A stretch of DNA of 64,000 bases from NCBI GenBank assembly GCA_040757555.1, contig JBFLWN010000002.1:19116-83115 (forward strand), read 5' to 3'. Shown here piece by piece: positions 1-10,729 of the stretch. The translations under genes were made by a program, and so were the position numbers. The stretch comes from Patescibacteria group bacterium (lineage in GTDB: Bacteria > Patescibacteriota > Minisyncoccia > UBA6257 > GWB1-50-10). The notes below the pieces were generated by a model. It was given only the letters and a program-made list of their open reading frames with translations. It made no database searches and was not told the origin of the DNA. How positions within the stretch are numbered: position 1 is the first letter of the stretch; every line of letters begins with the position of its first letter.

Positions 1-114
1 TTTAAATTATTTAAGCATTAAAGCTTTTCTAGAAACAAAATAACCTAAATTTGATGAAATGTCAAATAAAATTGAATTTTTTGCTTTTCTGAGCTATATT
101 TATCCGTGTTATAC

Positions 115-201
115 GGAGGGATCGCATAGTGGTCTAGTGCGCAGTCCTGGAAAGACTGTATGCCAGAAATGGCATCGAGGGTTCAAATCCCTCTCCCTCC
201 G
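115..201 (+). tRNA. tRNA-Ser (anticodon GGA), class II with long variable arm; CCA not encoded
   Basis: Manual cloverleaf: acceptor GGAGGGA/TCCCTCC, 3-bp D stem GCA/TGC, anticodon stem CAGTC/GACTG with loop CTGGAAA, variable arm TGCCA..TGGCA, T arm GAGGG-TTCAAAT-CCCTC, discriminator G. Confidence 0.85.
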
Positions 202-348
202 CAAATGTAAATTAAGTATATCTTTATGGTACGCTTAATTTATATATTTCGGATGAGGGATTTGAACGGAACTTTTATGCTCGCGGGGCGAGATAAAATA
301 AAAGTCCGTGGCTTCGGAGGAATCCGCTATAGGCGGATAAGGGAGAAG

Positions 349-368
349 AAATCCCTCTCCCTCCGCAA
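349..368 (+). repeat. 20-nt direct repeat of the tRNA-Ser 3' end (aaatccctctccctccgcaa), preceded by a degenerate T-arm-like hairpin AGGGA-gaagaaa-TCCCT
   Basis: Exact 20/20 match to positions 185-204. An inverted partial T-arm copy (gagggatttgaa) also sits at about 256-267. Confidence 0.7.
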
Positions 369-375
369 CGAGAAA

Positions 376-406
376 AAAACCATCTCCTAAGAAAATGGTT
401 TTTTTG
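376..406 (+). terminator. Rho-independent terminator-like hairpin (aaaccat..atggttt followed by a T-run)
   Basis: Inverted repeat followed by tttttt. Confidence 0.5.
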
Positions 407-441
407 ACGATAAAATATGGTTTTATTGCTATAATTAATCA

Positions 442-1614
442 ATGAAGATACAGAAAGTATATATTGGGGGATGGTTTCAGAGAACTACACTTCACTTGAC
501 TGAACTTTGGCATTTTTTCAAAAATGGAAAATCCGAGATTGATTTTTCTCCGAGTGATATTGAAACATATAGAAAACAACTTTCTCTCATTGAGCTTTCG
601 CGTGAAAGCGGTCCACTTGAATATATTCTCGCGAAAACCTCAGTCGGAATAACGTTCCGAATATATGAAGACGGACTTATAATTCTTGAAAAAGATTTTT
701 CATCATTTGAAGAAGATTTTGCCGCAATAAAAACATATTATGACGAAAAACTCTCAAAGAGCATTTCGTTTATTTTCAGCAAAGGAGCACCGAATCCAAA
801 AGAACTTGCTAATATAAAATCGATTCTTCCATATATTATTACCGCACAAGGACTTTCAGACACTGAAATAAAAGATGTGTTTAAACATACGGACGAAGAG
901 GCTTACTCAACCACCTCAAGCAAAAAAACCGAGGTGTTCCGCGGAAAAGAACTTATCGTCATTAATAATCTCGAAAATGAAAATTTGGCGAGAGAAATTA
1001 TTGAATCAGAGATATTTTTCAGAGAATTTAAATCACAGCTTCACCGATACCTCGCTATACATCGGGCAGTGTGGGAAAAGATACAAAAAATAAAAGAAAA
1101 TGGAAATATAAAAGGAACAGACATTGATCCGCTGAGAAATCAACTTGCGATATATCAAAAAACCATCAATCTCATCGGAGCAAGAATTCAACAAATGCCC
1201 GCATATGTTCGCACGCGCCAAAAGACCGCTGATCTCCAAAAAATAGATGAATATCTCAAACCACTATTTCAATTTAAATTTGAAACACTCCTCGATACCC
1301 ATGAATATATAAAACATCTATGGACGATGACTCAGAATTATCTCGATTCCGCAGTGCAACAGTTTAACGAACTTCAGGCAAAAAGCACAAAAAACACCAT
1401 TTCTTCCCTCCAGCTCGTCACTACGATCGGGGTAGTTGCGGGAATTCTCGGATATCTTGGGAAAGATGCTCTTCCACAATTTACCTTCATTGGAATATTC
1501 TATTTCTGCCTCCTCTTATTCATGACGTGGGTGATCAATACGGTGATTTCAAAAATATATAAAAACAAAAAATACACGGTAAAAACCGGGGACTTGGAAA
1601 AAGACATAAAATAA
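442..1614 (+). CDS. hypothetical protein with a soluble N-domain and two C-terminal TM helices (CorA-like topology, no GMN motif)
   Basis: 390-aa ORF with hydrophobic C-terminus; stop is 1 nt before the kinase start, so probably co-transcribed. Confidence 0.5.
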   Translation: MKIQKVYIGGWFQRTTLHLTELWHFFKNGKSEIDFSPSDIETYRKQLSLIELSRESGPLEYILAKTSVGITFRIYEDGLIILEKDFSSFEEDFAAIKTYYDEKLSKSISFIFSKGAPNPKELANIKSILPYIITAQGLSDTEIKDVFKHTDEEAYSTTSSKKTEVFRGKELIVINNLENENLAREIIESEIFFREFKSQLHRYLAIHRAVWEKIQKIKENGNIKGTDIDPLRNQLAIYQKTINLIGARIQQMPAYVRTRQKTADLQKIDEYLKPLFQFKFETLLDTHEYIKHLWTMTQNYLDSAVQQFNELQAKSTKNTISSLQLVTTIGVVAGILGYLGKDALPQFTFIGIFYFCLLLFMTWVINTVISKIYKNKKYTVKTGDLEKDIK

Positions 1615-1615
1615 T

Positions 1616-3127
1616 ATGGAAGAAAATAAAATAACAATAGGGGAGTTAGGGTATAGGGAAAGCGAGGAAAAATATAGGGCCCTCTTTGAATCATCAAGCG
1701 ATGCTATTATGTTACTTACCAGCGATCAATTTCTTGACTGTAACCCAGCCACATTGAAAATGTTTGGTTGTAAATCCCGTGATGAATTTTTAGGAAAACA
1801 CCCTGGACAAGTTTCACCTCAATTCCAACCAAATGGGCGCGATTCATATGAAAATGCAAATGAACACATTGCAAATGCATTCAAAAACGGAAAAGAATCA
1901 TTCGAATGGATGCATCGCCGTGTAGACGGAACCGATTTTCCGGCGGAAGTTTTATTAACACCGATAAAATTTGAAAATCAGCCCATATTGCAAGCAACCG
2001 TACGCGATATCACAGAACGAAAACAAGCCGAAGAAGCGCTCCGTGAATCGAAAGCCCCTACCGAAACGATTGTAGAACACATTCCCCTTATGATTTTTCT
2101 AAAAGAAGCAAAAAACCTAAATTTTGTTCTCTTTAACCGTGCAGGAGAAGATCTTCTCGGATATAGCCGAGATAATTTAATTGGCAAAAATGATACAGAT
2201 TTTTTTCCCCCACGAGAAGCAGCTTTTTTTATGGCCAAGGATCGAGAAGTAATGAATGGAATGTCTGACGTTTTGGATATTCCGGAAGAATCTATTACAA
2301 CTCTCAAAAGGGGCCAGCGACTCCTTCATACAAAAAAAATATGCATAAGAGGGAAGGATGGAGTTACCAAATATTTAATGGGAATCTCCGAAGACATTAC
2401 TGAACGCAAAAAAGCAGAAGAGCATCTCAAGGAACTCAACGATGTTCGTAGTAAATTTATTTCAATTATTTCCCATCAATTGAGAACTCCTCTCACCGCC
2501 ATAAATTGGAATCTCGAAGCGATCCTCGAAGGAGATTTCGGTAAATTGGATGAGACAACGCATAAGTTTTTGCAAATTACCCACAAAGAAAGCGTAGAGA
2601 TGGCTCGACGTATTAACGATCTGCTCATCACTATTGATATAGAAGAAGGACGCATGGTGCTCGAAAAAGAGGAGATAAATCTTGAAAGCATCGTCGGAGA
2701 GATAGTGGCAGAAATGATGAAAAAATGTGCACTCAAAAATATCACGTGTCGATATATTGCCCCAACGGTAGACATTCCCGCCATTGACGGCGATGGTGAA
2801 AAGATCAGAACGGTGATCATTAAACTAATGGAAAATGCAGTTGCCTACACAAAGGACGATGGAAAAATTAGCATAAAACTTGAAATGGAAAACGATATGA
2901 TCCGCTTTGAAGTGAAAGATAACGGGGTCGGAATTCCTACGCACGAGCAACACCATATATTTACGCGTTTTTTTCGTGCATCAAACGCCTCAATTATGCA
3001 AACAGATGCATTTGGTCTTGGATTATTCATTGCAAAAAGTTTTGTTGAACAACATGGGGGAAAAATTGGATGCGAAAGTAAAGAAGGAGAGGGAAGTGTA
3101 TTCTGGTTTAAAATACCTTATCGATAA
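1616..3127 (+). CDS. cytoplasmic PAS-PAS sensor histidine kinase (HisKA + HATPase_c)
   Basis: H-box ISHQLRTPLTAI; G-box GLGLFIAKSFVEQHGGKI; N-terminal PAS-like repeats; no TM segment. Confidence 0.85.
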   Translation: MEENKITIGELGYRESEEKYRALFESSSDAIMLLTSDQFLDCNPATLKMFGCKSRDEFLGKHPGQVSPQFQPNGRDSYENANEHIANAFKNGKESFEWMHRRVDGTDFPAEVLLTPIKFENQPILQATVRDITERKQAEEALRESKAPTETIVEHIPLMIFLKEAKNLNFVLFNRAGEDLLGYSRDNLIGKNDTDFFPPREAAFFMAKDREVMNGMSDVLDIPEESITTLKRGQRLLHTKKICIRGKDGVTKYLMGISEDITERKKAEEHLKELNDVRSKFISIISHQLRTPLTAINWNLEAILEGDFGKLDETTHKFLQITHKESVEMARRINDLLITIDIEEGRMVLEKEEINLESIVGEIVAEMMKKCALKNITCRYIAPTVDIPAIDGDGEKIRTVIIKLMENAVAYTKDDGKISIKLEMENDMIRFEVKDNGVGIPTHEQHHIFTRFFRASNASIMQTDAFGLGLFIAKSFVEQHGGKIGCESKEGEGSVFWFKIPYR

Positions 3128-3166
3128 AAGAAATCAAAAATCCCTCAATGAGAGGGATTTTTCTTT
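3128..3166. terminator. bidirectional hairpin terminator between the kinase and plsY
   Basis: aaaaatccctcaatgagagggattttt flanked by A/T runs. Confidence 0.5.
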
Positions 3167-3804
3167 TTAAACGAGAATTTTGGTTCTGTCCCATTTTGCA
3201 GGCGTGCGAGATTTTTTCGATGCGTCCAGAGCACAACAAGAAATACCGTGGAAGAAAAACAAAACACAGAAATATGTAAATCATAGAACAAGCGCAACAC
3301 GAGTGATCCACACACTACGGAAATAATCGAGGAAATTGATGCAACAGACATATATTCCGTAGAAACGAGAAATATCAGAAAAGCGGGGATTCCAATCAAA
3401 AGCACGATCGGTGCCATTCCTATAATTGCCCCAAGTGCAGTTGCAATACCTTTTCCTCCCGTAAATCCAAAAAACGGGGAAAATACATTTCCAAGAACAA
3501 CTGAAATGGCAAATAAACACTTGAAGAAATCAAATGAAACATATGAATTTGGAATGTATTCCAAAAAACTTGAATACATAAGAGCGGAAAGATATGCGAC
3601 CACAATAAATGATTTTGAGATATCTATCAGTAATGTGAACACTCCATACTTCCATCCAAGTATTCGACTCATGTTTGTTGCACCCGGATTTCCACTTCCT
3701 AATGACCGTATATTTACTCTCTTAAGCCGAGAAATTATTCCTCCTGACGGTACTCCTAAACAAAACGGGAGCAGACAATAAAGACATATAAGTACAATGT
3801 CCAT
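3145..3804 (-). CDS. plsY: glycerol-3-phosphate acyltransferase PlsY
   Basis: GSGNPGATN motif, FGFTGGKG motif, multi-TM. Confidence 0.85.
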   Translation of the reverse strand: MDIVLICLYCLLPFCLGVPSGGIISRLKRVNIRSLGSGNPGATNMSRILGWKYGVFTLLIDISKSFIVVAYLSALMYSSFLEYIPNSYVSFDFFKCLFAISVVLGNVFSPFFGFTGGKGIATALGAIIGMAPIVLLIGIPAFLIFLVSTEYMSVASISSIISVVCGSLVLRLFYDLHISVFCFSSTVFLVVLWTHRKNLARLQNGTEPKFSFKKKNPSH

Positions 3805-3895
3805 GAAGCCTCCTTTGTTAAATAAAACTGGTTTTAATTTTATAAGGAATAATGGTCATTTTCAATAGACGTTTTTCGTGATACACTGAGTCGTA

Positions 3896-4429
3896 ATGAC
3901 GGCAAAAGAAAGAAAAAATAAGCCACCAGTAGGGGTTTCAATACGGGCAACACAATGGATCGGTACTTCCGCATCCCTCATTGTTCACACCATTGTTTTC
4001 ATAATTGCGATTGCACTTCCATATCTCGGAATAGTCCCCATGGACGAAGTTCTCCTTATTCTTACCACACTCGTTTCTCTTGAGGCGATTTATCTCGCAA
4101 TTTTTATTCAAATGTCGGTAAATAGACAAAATGAAAGTCTTGAAGAGGTTGAAAAAGATATTGATGAGATTCAGGAAGATGTGGAAGAAATCAGCACCGA
4201 TGTTGATGAGGTCTCAAAAGATATTGATGAGATTCAGGAAGATGTCGATGAAATTTCAAAAGATATTGATGAAATTCAGGAAGATGTCGATGAAATTTCA
4301 AAAGATATTGATGAAATTCAGGATGATGAGGAAATGGAAGTACATACAAAAACCACGCTCGAAAAAATAGAACAGGGTATCAAACAGCTTTCGATTGAAA
4401 TAGAAAAACTGAAAGCGGAAGAAAAATAA
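3896..4429 (+). CDS. membrane protein with acidic coiled-coil tandem repeats (KDIDEIQEDVDEIS)n
   Basis: Two N-terminal TM helices followed by 14-aa repeats encoded by a 42-bp DNA tandem repeat. Confidence 0.55.
   Translation: MTAKERKNKPPVGVSIRATQWIGTSASLIVHTIVFIIAIALPYLGIVPMDEVLLILTTLVSLEAIYLAIFIQMSVNRQNESLEEVEKDIDEIQEDVEEISTDVDEVSKDIDEIQEDVDEISKDIDEIQEDVDEISKDIDEIQDDEEMEVHTKTTLEKIEQGIKQLSIEIEKLKAEEK
4153..4335 (+). repeat. about 4 copies of a 42-bp in-frame tandem repeat (aaagatattgatgaRattcaggaagatgtSgatgaaatttca)
   Basis: Visible direct repetition; copies 2 and 3 identical. Confidence 0.8.
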
Positions 4430-4435
4430 CGTTCT

Positions 4436-6157
4436 ATGGTAAAAGAAACCGATCTTATAAAAAACAAACTCGAGATTGTCGAGTTTTTACGTTCGTACTT
4501 GAACTTATCTCCTGCCGGAAGAAATTTTAAAGCAGTATGCCCCTTCCATCACGAAAAAACCCCATCACTCATTGTGTCACCCGAAAAGCAAATTTGGCAC
4601 TGCTTTGGATGTGGTGAAGGAGGAGATATTATCAAATTTGTCATGAAATATGACAACCTTGAATTTCCCGAAGTACTCCGCTTTCTTGCGGAAAAAGCGG
4701 GAATTCCACTTCAACATTTAAATCCGGCGCAACAAAAAGAATACGGAATATTATATGACATCCATGTTGTCGCAACCGAGTTTTTTCAAAAACAACTTGA
4801 AAAAAACGAACAGGCACTCGCATACCTAAAGAAAAGAAAATTAAATGACGACACCATAAAAGAATTTCAAATCGGATACGCTATGGGAGGGGAATCACTC
4901 ACCCTCCATCTTTTGAAGCATGATTTCGATATCAACGACATATCAAAATCCGGATTGATATACAAAAACAACCGTGGATTGTTCCGTGATCGATTTGAAG
5001 AACGTATTGTATTCCCAATACACAACACCGTAGAAAAAGTGGTGGCATTTACCGGACGCTATATGGGAGAACGTACCGATGCACCAAAATATTTAAATTC
5101 TCCCGAAACCCCAATTTTTAATAAATCCCGAGTGTTATACGGATTTCATAAATCAAAGCATGAGATTACGAGATTGAATTCCGCATTTCTTGTCGAAGGA
5201 CAAATGGATTTTTTGATGGCCTGGCAATCGGGAGTCAAAAATGGAATTGCGGTATCCGGAACGGGGCTTACGCGACAGCACTTGGAAAAAATTCGCCGTG
5301 GAGCGGATACTATTATCGTAAGTTTTGATAATGATGCCGCGGGCCTCACCGCACTTGAGCGAAGTTTTGAAATATTTTCGGAATTTGATTTTCATATGAA
5401 GGCAATTCAGTTGGGGAAATATAAAGATCCTGCGGAAGCATGCGAAGAAAATCCGACATTTTTGGCAAAAGCAATAGAACATGCAAAACCCGCATTTTCA
5501 TATCTCCTCGATCATTATTTTGGAAAGGATGAAGAAAAACAAAATGATATTGCAGAGACAAAAAAAATAACCATGCATCTATTGGAAAAGGTAAGTAAGG
5601 TAAAAAGCGGAATTGAACAAAATATCCTCATAAAAGATCTCGCACGAATAACGGGAACACGAGAAGATATACTGAGTGTCGAACTCCAAGAAGTAAAACG
5701 GAAACAAGAAGAAAAAAATGAAGGGAAAGAAGAAAAGAAAGAAGTAAAATATCCAATAGGGGAACCCGCCACTCCGTCGCGAGTAAAACTCATCAGTGAA
5801 CGCCTTCTCGCGCTGGCATTTACTAATGAAGAACTCTGGGGTATAGTGAAGTCAGAAAAAGAGCTTATTGCTCATGAATACAGACCCGTATTGGAAAATC
5901 CGGACTCCGAACAAGCGTCGATTTTTAAGATGCGGGGGAGCTATGAATTTTCGGACACATCTCCCAAGGTATTAAAAAAGGAATTTGATGATTTAATTTC
6001 ATATCTACGGCTCGAAGATATGAAACAAAAACAACTTGAGATACAGAAAAAATTAAAACTCGCCGAACGAAAAAACGACGAAGAACAAATTAAAGCATGC
6101 CTGCAGGAGTTTGATTCAATAGTAAAAAAAATACACGAACTCAAATCAAAAATATGA
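4436..6157 (+). CDS. dnaG: DNA primase DnaG
   Basis: CHC2 zinc finger [17 protein letters not shown]; TOPRIM EGQMDFL; upstream of rpoD. Confidence 0.9.
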   Translation: MVKETDLIKNKLEIVEFLRSYLNLSPAGRNFKAVCPFHHEKTPSLIVSPEKQIWHCFGCGEGGDIIKFVMKYDNLEFPEVLRFLAEKAGIPLQHLNPAQQKEYGILYDIHVVATEFFQKQLEKNEQALAYLKKRKLNDDTIKEFQIGYAMGGESLTLHLLKHDFDINDISKSGLIYKNNRGLFRDRFEERIVFPIHNTVEKVVAFTGRYMGERTDAPKYLNSPETPIFNKSRVLYGFHKSKHEITRLNSAFLVEGQMDFLMAWQSGVKNGIAVSGTGLTRQHLEKIRRGADTIIVSFDNDAAGLTALERSFEIFSEFDFHMKAIQLGKYKDPAEACEENPTFLAKAIEHAKPAFSYLLDHYFGKDEEKQNDIAETKKITMHLLEKVSKVKSGIEQNILIKDLARITGTREDILSVELQEVKRKQEEKNEGKEEKKEVKYPIGEPATPSRVKLISERLLALAFTNEELWGIVKSEKELIAHEYRPVLENPDSEQASIFKMRGSYEFSDTSPKVLKKEFDDLISYLRLEDMKQKQLEIQKKLKLAERKNDEEQIKACLQEFDSIVKKIHELKSKI

Positions 6158-7338
6158 TGAAGAAAAAAATAAAAAAGGCGGTGAAAAAAACTAAGGAAAA
6201 AGTAAAAAAAACAGTTCATTCATCAAAAAAACCGGTAGTAAGCAAAAAAATTCTTGAAATAGAGGAAGAATACAATAAGTCACTTGAGGAGTTAGTGCGT
6301 CGCGGACGAACACGAAGTTTTGTCACCGATGCCGAAGTACTGAATTACTTTCCGGATATTGAAAAACACGTAAACTACCTTGAACACGTCTATAATCGTC
6401 TCGAAAAAGAAGGGATAAAAGTAAAATCACCGACCACCTCACTCATCAAATCCGAACACGAAGAAATTACCGTGAGTGAACTCAGAGATGCAACTCGCAT
6501 CGATCAAAATCTTCCTGACGCAGTACAAATGTATTTGAAAGAAATCGGAAGAACTCCACTTTTAAATTCAAAAGAAGAGAAGGAACTTGCAAAGAAAATC
6601 GAAAAAGGAGATGAAATATCGAGAAAAAAATTAATCCAGGCAAACCTTCGTCTCGTGGTATCCATCGCAAAGCGATATGTAAACCGTTCGCCGCATTTGA
6701 GTATTCTTGATCTTGTACAAGAAGGAAATATTGGACTTTCCCGTGCGGTTGATAAATTCGACTATCACAAAGGATTTAAATTCTCGACATATGCCACATG
6801 GTGGATCCGTCAGGCAATCACTCGTGCACTCGCTGACTACTCACGTACTATCCGTATTCCTGTGCACATGGTTGAAACCATCACGAAATATACACAAATA
6901 CGACGCAAGTTGATGCAGGAACTTGGACGTGAAGCGCTTCCGGAAGAAATTGCGAACGAAATGGGAATGAATGTCGAAAAGATTCATTACATTCAGAAAA
7001 TTTCACAGGAAGTTATTTCACTTGAAGCTCCAGTGGGGGACGATGATGAAGATTCAATGCTTGCCGATTTTATCAAAGATGAAACAAGCTTGAGCCCCGA
7101 TCAGCTCGCAAATCAAGCATTGCTCCGTGATTACATTAAAGAAGTATTGGTTGATTTAACCGAACGCGAAAGAAAAATTCTCGCAATGCGTTTTGGACTT
7201 GATGACAACATTTCACACACACTGGAAGAAGTAGGGAAGGTGTTCGGAGTTACTCGTGAACGTATCCGTCAAATTGAAGCAAAAGCGCTCGAGAAAATCA
7301 GAAATCATCACAAGATAAAGAAACTGGAAGGATATTAA
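6154..7338 (+). CDS. rpoD: RNA polymerase sigma-70 factor RpoD
   Basis: Region 2 [29 protein letters not shown]; region 4 [22 protein letters not shown]. Confidence 0.9.
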   Translation: MMKKKIKKAVKKTKEKVKKTVHSSKKPVVSKKILEIEEEYNKSLEELVRRGRTRSFVTDAEVLNYFPDIEKHVNYLEHVYNRLEKEGIKVKSPTTSLIKSEHEEITVSELRDATRIDQNLPDAVQMYLKEIGRTPLLNSKEEKELAKKIEKGDEISRKKLIQANLRLVVSIAKRYVNRSPHLSILDLVQEGNIGLSRAVDKFDYHKGFKFSTYATWWIRQAITRALADYSRTIRIPVHMVETITKYTQIRRKLMQELGREALPEEIANEMGMNVEKIHYIQKISQEVISLEAPVGDDDEDSMLADFIKDETSLSPDQLANQALLRDYIKEVLVDLTERERKILAMRFGLDDNISHTLEEVGKVFGVTRERIRQIEAKALEKIRNHHKIKKLEGY

Positions 7339-7345
7339 ACAAAAA

Positions 7346-7370
7346 AACTCCCTTTTTGGGGAGTTTTTAA
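7346..7370 (+). terminator. hairpin terminator after rpoD
   Basis: aactccctttttggggagttttt. Confidence 0.5.
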
Positions 7371-7373
7371 TTT

Positions 7374-7703
7374 TTAGACCAAAATTTTTCCTAAATCATC
7401 GCAAATAATAAGGAATGATTTGGATAGAGAACCACAAGAATTTCCAAAATATGGAGAAGGAACCATCGAAATAATTTTTACTCTTTCCTTTTCTTGGAGC
7501 TCATTCAATGCTAATTCAATTCCTTTAGTATTATTTTCCATAATAGATACAATCTCATGGTCTGGGGACAGGGATTCGAGTGATTCTTTTATAGAAATAT
7601 GAGAATTAATACTAAGTCCATATATCTTTACCATATTTACCTCAAAAAAGTTAATAAGCTGAATCCATATTAACAACCAATTATTTAGTATGTCAAGGTT
7701 CAA
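7374..7703 (-). CDS. hypothetical protein (TTG start, weak)
   Basis: ORF only; start codon is TTG. Confidence 0.2.
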   Translation of the reverse strand: MNLDILNNWLLIWIQLINFFEVNMVKIYGLSINSHISIKESLESLSPDHEIVSIMENNTKGIELALNELQEKERVKIISMVPSPYFGNSCGSLSKSFLIICDDLGKILV

Positions 7704-7747
7704 AGATACAACAAAATCATATAAAATATCGATATAATTCAGTATTT

Positions 7748-9517
7748 ATGAGAACGACGGAAGAAATAAGAAAACTCTATCTGGAATTTTTTAAATCAAA
7801 GGGACATACCATAATCCCTTCGGCGTCTTTAATTCCGGAAAATGATCCATCCGTACTTTTTACCACTGCCGGCATGCATCCACTTGTGCCATATCTTTTA
7901 GGTGAACCGCATCCGGGAGGAAATAAAATCACTTCGTGCCAAAAATGTATTCGTACGGGAGATATTGATGAAGTGGGAGATGCAACACACCTCACATTTT
8001 TTGAAATGCTCGGAAACTGGAGTTTGGGAAATGTGTACTGGAAAAAAGAAGCGATTGAAATGAGTTTCGAATTTTTAACTTCAAAACAATGGCTTGGTTT
8101 GAATAAAGAAAAAATTGCGGTTTCGGTATTTCAAGGCGATGAAGACGCACCATTCGATCAGGAAGCTTTTGATATATGGAAGTCCATGGGAATTTCAGAA
8201 AAAAGAATTGCAAAACTTCCGAAGAAAAATAATTGGTGGGGACCTGCCGGAGAAACTGGCCCCTGCGGACCCGATACGGAAATGTTTTATTGGACAGGTA
8301 ATCCAAACGAAGTTCCGGAATCATTTAATGATGATAATGTGCTTTGGGTTGAAATCTGGAATGACGTCTTCATGCAGTACAATAAAACGAGAGATGGAAT
8401 ATACGAACCACTGAAACAAAAAAATGTTGATACGGGAATGGGACTTGAACGCACGGTGGCAGTATTAAACAATTGTGACGTATATCTTATTGATACATTT
8501 AAACCAATTATTAAAAGAATCGAAAAATTATCGGGAAAGAAATATGGTTCCGATGAAAACATCACACGATCAATACGGATTATCGCCGACCATGTACGTG
8601 CAGCGGTGTTTATCTCGGGTGATGAACGGGGGATTATTCCGTCAAACGTAGGTCAAGGATATGTGCTCCGCAAACTTGTGAGAAGAACAGTGAGATACGG
8701 AAAAAAAATCGGGATCGAAAAAAAGTTTATAAAGGAAATCACTGAAGAGGTTATTCAAATATTTAAACACGTGTATCCGGAATTTGAGAAGAATAAAGGA
8801 AGAATTACCGAAGAAATGGAAAAGGAAGAAGAAAAGTTCGCGATAGCACTTGAAAAAGGACTTCGTGAATTCGAAAAACTCTCTTCAATAGATGGAAAAA
8901 TTGCCTTTGATCTTTATCAATCATATGGTTTTCCTATTGAACTTACTGAGGAATTATCAAAAGAAAAGGGATTGGAGATAAATAAAAAAGAATTTGAAAA
9001 TGAATTTAAAAAACACCAAGAACTTTCCCGTACTGCCTCTGCGGGTGCATTCAAGGGAGGACTCGCGGATCATTCCGAAGAAGTCATAAAGTATCACACC
9101 GCGACACACCTACTCCATAAAGCACTTCGCGAAGTACTTGGTGAACACGTGGAGCAAAGGGGGAGTAATTTAACTGCGGAACGCCTTCGATTTGATTTTT
9201 CCCATCAGGCAAAAATGACCCCAGAAGAACTCTTGAGAGTTGAAAAAATAGTGAACGAAAAAATACAGGAAGACTTTCCCGTGCGTTTTGAGATGCTCAC
9301 CGTTGAAGAAGCAAAAAAGAGGGGCGCAATTGGTCTTTTTGAAAACAAATACGCAACACTCGGAGAAAAAGTAAAAGTATATTCCATTGGAGACTATTCA
9401 ACAGAAATTTGTGGTGGGCCACATGTTGAACATACTGGGCAGATTGGGAAGTTTAAAATTACCAAAGAGGAAGCAGTAGCAGCAGGGATACGAAGAATAA
9501 AAGCAGTAGTAACGTGA
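7748..9517 (+). CDS. alaS: alanine--tRNA ligase, short form (catalytic domain plus minimal editing domain, no C-Ala)
   Basis: N-terminal class II AlaRS motifs (FTTAGMHPLVPY, WGPAGETGPCGPDTE); editing-site HTATH..CGGPHV. Confidence 0.85.
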   Translation: MRTTEEIRKLYLEFFKSKGHTIIPSASLIPENDPSVLFTTAGMHPLVPYLLGEPHPGGNKITSCQKCIRTGDIDEVGDATHLTFFEMLGNWSLGNVYWKKEAIEMSFEFLTSKQWLGLNKEKIAVSVFQGDEDAPFDQEAFDIWKSMGISEKRIAKLPKKNNWWGPAGETGPCGPDTEMFYWTGNPNEVPESFNDDNVLWVEIWNDVFMQYNKTRDGIYEPLKQKNVDTGMGLERTVAVLNNCDVYLIDTFKPIIKRIEKLSGKKYGSDENITRSIRIIADHVRAAVFISGDERGIIPSNVGQGYVLRKLVRRTVRYGKKIGIEKKFIKEITEEVIQIFKHVYPEFEKNKGRITEEMEKEEEKFAIALEKGLREFEKLSSIDGKIAFDLYQSYGFPIELTEELSKEKGLEINKKEFENEFKKHQELSRTASAGAFKGGLADHSEEVIKYHTATHLLHKALREVLGEHVEQRGSNLTAERLRFDFSHQAKMTPEELLRVEKIVNEKIQEDFPVRFEMLTVEEAKKRGAIGLFENKYATLGEKVKVYSIGDYSTEICGGPHVEHTGQIGKFKITKEEAVAAGIRRIKAVVT

Positions 9518-9550
9518 TAAGAAAACTAGTGATATAATAATATCATCACA

Positions 9551-10720
9551 GTGAAAAAAAATATTTTTGAATTTATGAGAAAAACGCTCGCCATGCTCCG
9601 TGGCGAATATTGTGTCGTACTCAGAAAAACAGAAACCGGATTGGAAATTATTGAAGGATTTATAAAAGAAGGCGGAAAAACGCTCAAAATATTCAACAAA
9701 ATATCGGGATCGAACATACAGGAATTTAAAAAACCACTTCTCAAAGCGGATCGGCTCATTTGCGGACTTGATTCAAAATCAGCAACCACACTAAAAGATT
9801 TTGTGGAGGTGAAGAGAAATAAGAAAGAAGAGCACATCACCGAACGCGAACTCGAGCACCTCATCTTTCAAGGACTTTGGAATTTTTTAAACTTGAATCG
9901 TCCGTGGATTGCCCAAAAAATGAAAACAAAAGAAAGTGATCTTATTCTCGCACACATAGAAATCGTGAGTATCGAACTTGATGGAAATAAGGTTATTAAT
10001 CCAACAGAATTTCCTGGAGAAACAGTTTCGTTCTGTTTTCAATGTACATTCATCCCGCGTGAAATAATGCCCCTCATGGAAACCCTCCGCATGTGGTCTC
10101 AAAATATGACCACATGCGAAGAAGGCGCAGCACTCTCATATTTTATGCTCGGCGACGAAATTGATGTCACCGCGTTTTGCCGCGAAGAATCGACCGAAAT
10201 CTTCTTCGCTGGAGAACGGAAAGTCTCTTATATTGACGAGATTCCTCTTGGGATGAAACATCTCTCATCATTTCTTGTGGAAAAATTTGGAGTAGGCCCC
10301 GATGTTGCGGAAGAACTGGTGGTATACTACACACAGCACGGAGTGTCGAGACACGTGGAACACTTTTTCAAAGAACAGTTTAACGGATTTGTTTCTGATC
10401 TATTTTTGGGAATTGAGACTATACTCGCAAAAAATAAAAAATCAAAAACAGAAAAAGAAAAAAGAAAACCAACCATCCATCTAAATTTCAAAAACGCAAT
10501 CACTGAACCTCATCGGTTACTCAATAAAAACATAAAAGGAACAATAAATTTACTTGAACAAAAATTGTATCATATGGATTTTTTGATTCTCCCCGAAGAA
10601 GAAAAAACCAACATATCAATTATTGGGCTTTTTCTTTATCCGTTCTCACAAAAAAAACTGGAATTTGCAAATCAATTACTTCACCGTCGAGCAAAATGGC
10701 TTATTGCCAATATTTCATAA
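9551..10720 (+). CDS. hypothetical protein, possibly an actin-like ATPase (FtsA/PilM-like)
   Basis: GTG start; C-terminal IPLGMKHLSSFLVEKFGV resembles the FtsA/PilM fold; weak. Confidence 0.35.
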   Translation: MKKNIFEFMRKTLAMLRGEYCVVLRKTETGLEIIEGFIKEGGKTLKIFNKISGSNIQEFKKPLLKADRLICGLDSKSATTLKDFVEVKRNKKEEHITERELEHLIFQGLWNFLNLNRPWIAQKMKTKESDLILAHIEIVSIELDGNKVINPTEFPGETVSFCFQCTFIPREIMPLMETLRMWSQNMTTCEEGAALSYFMLGDEIDVTAFCREESTEIFFAGERKVSYIDEIPLGMKHLSSFLVEKFGVGPDVAEELVVYYTQHGVSRHVEHFFKEQFNGFVSDLFLGIETILAKNKKSKTEKEKRKPTIHLNFKNAITEPHRLLNKNIKGTINLLEQKLYHMDFLILPEEEKTNISIIGLFLYPFSQKKLEFANQLLHRRAKWLIANIS

Positions 10721-10729
10721 CATATCCAT

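Noticed and set aside
248-372. Possible tmRNA or second complete tRNA
   Set aside because: No 5' acceptor half complementary to the 3' end, no anticodon arm and no tag reading frame. It is better explained as a partial tRNA-Ser 3' duplicate.
4131-4370. 79-aa ORF (MKVLKRLKK...) on the plus strand
   Set aside because: It is an alternative reading frame through the 42-bp tandem repeat inside the real coiled-coil membrane protein gene, and its periodic sequence is an artefact.
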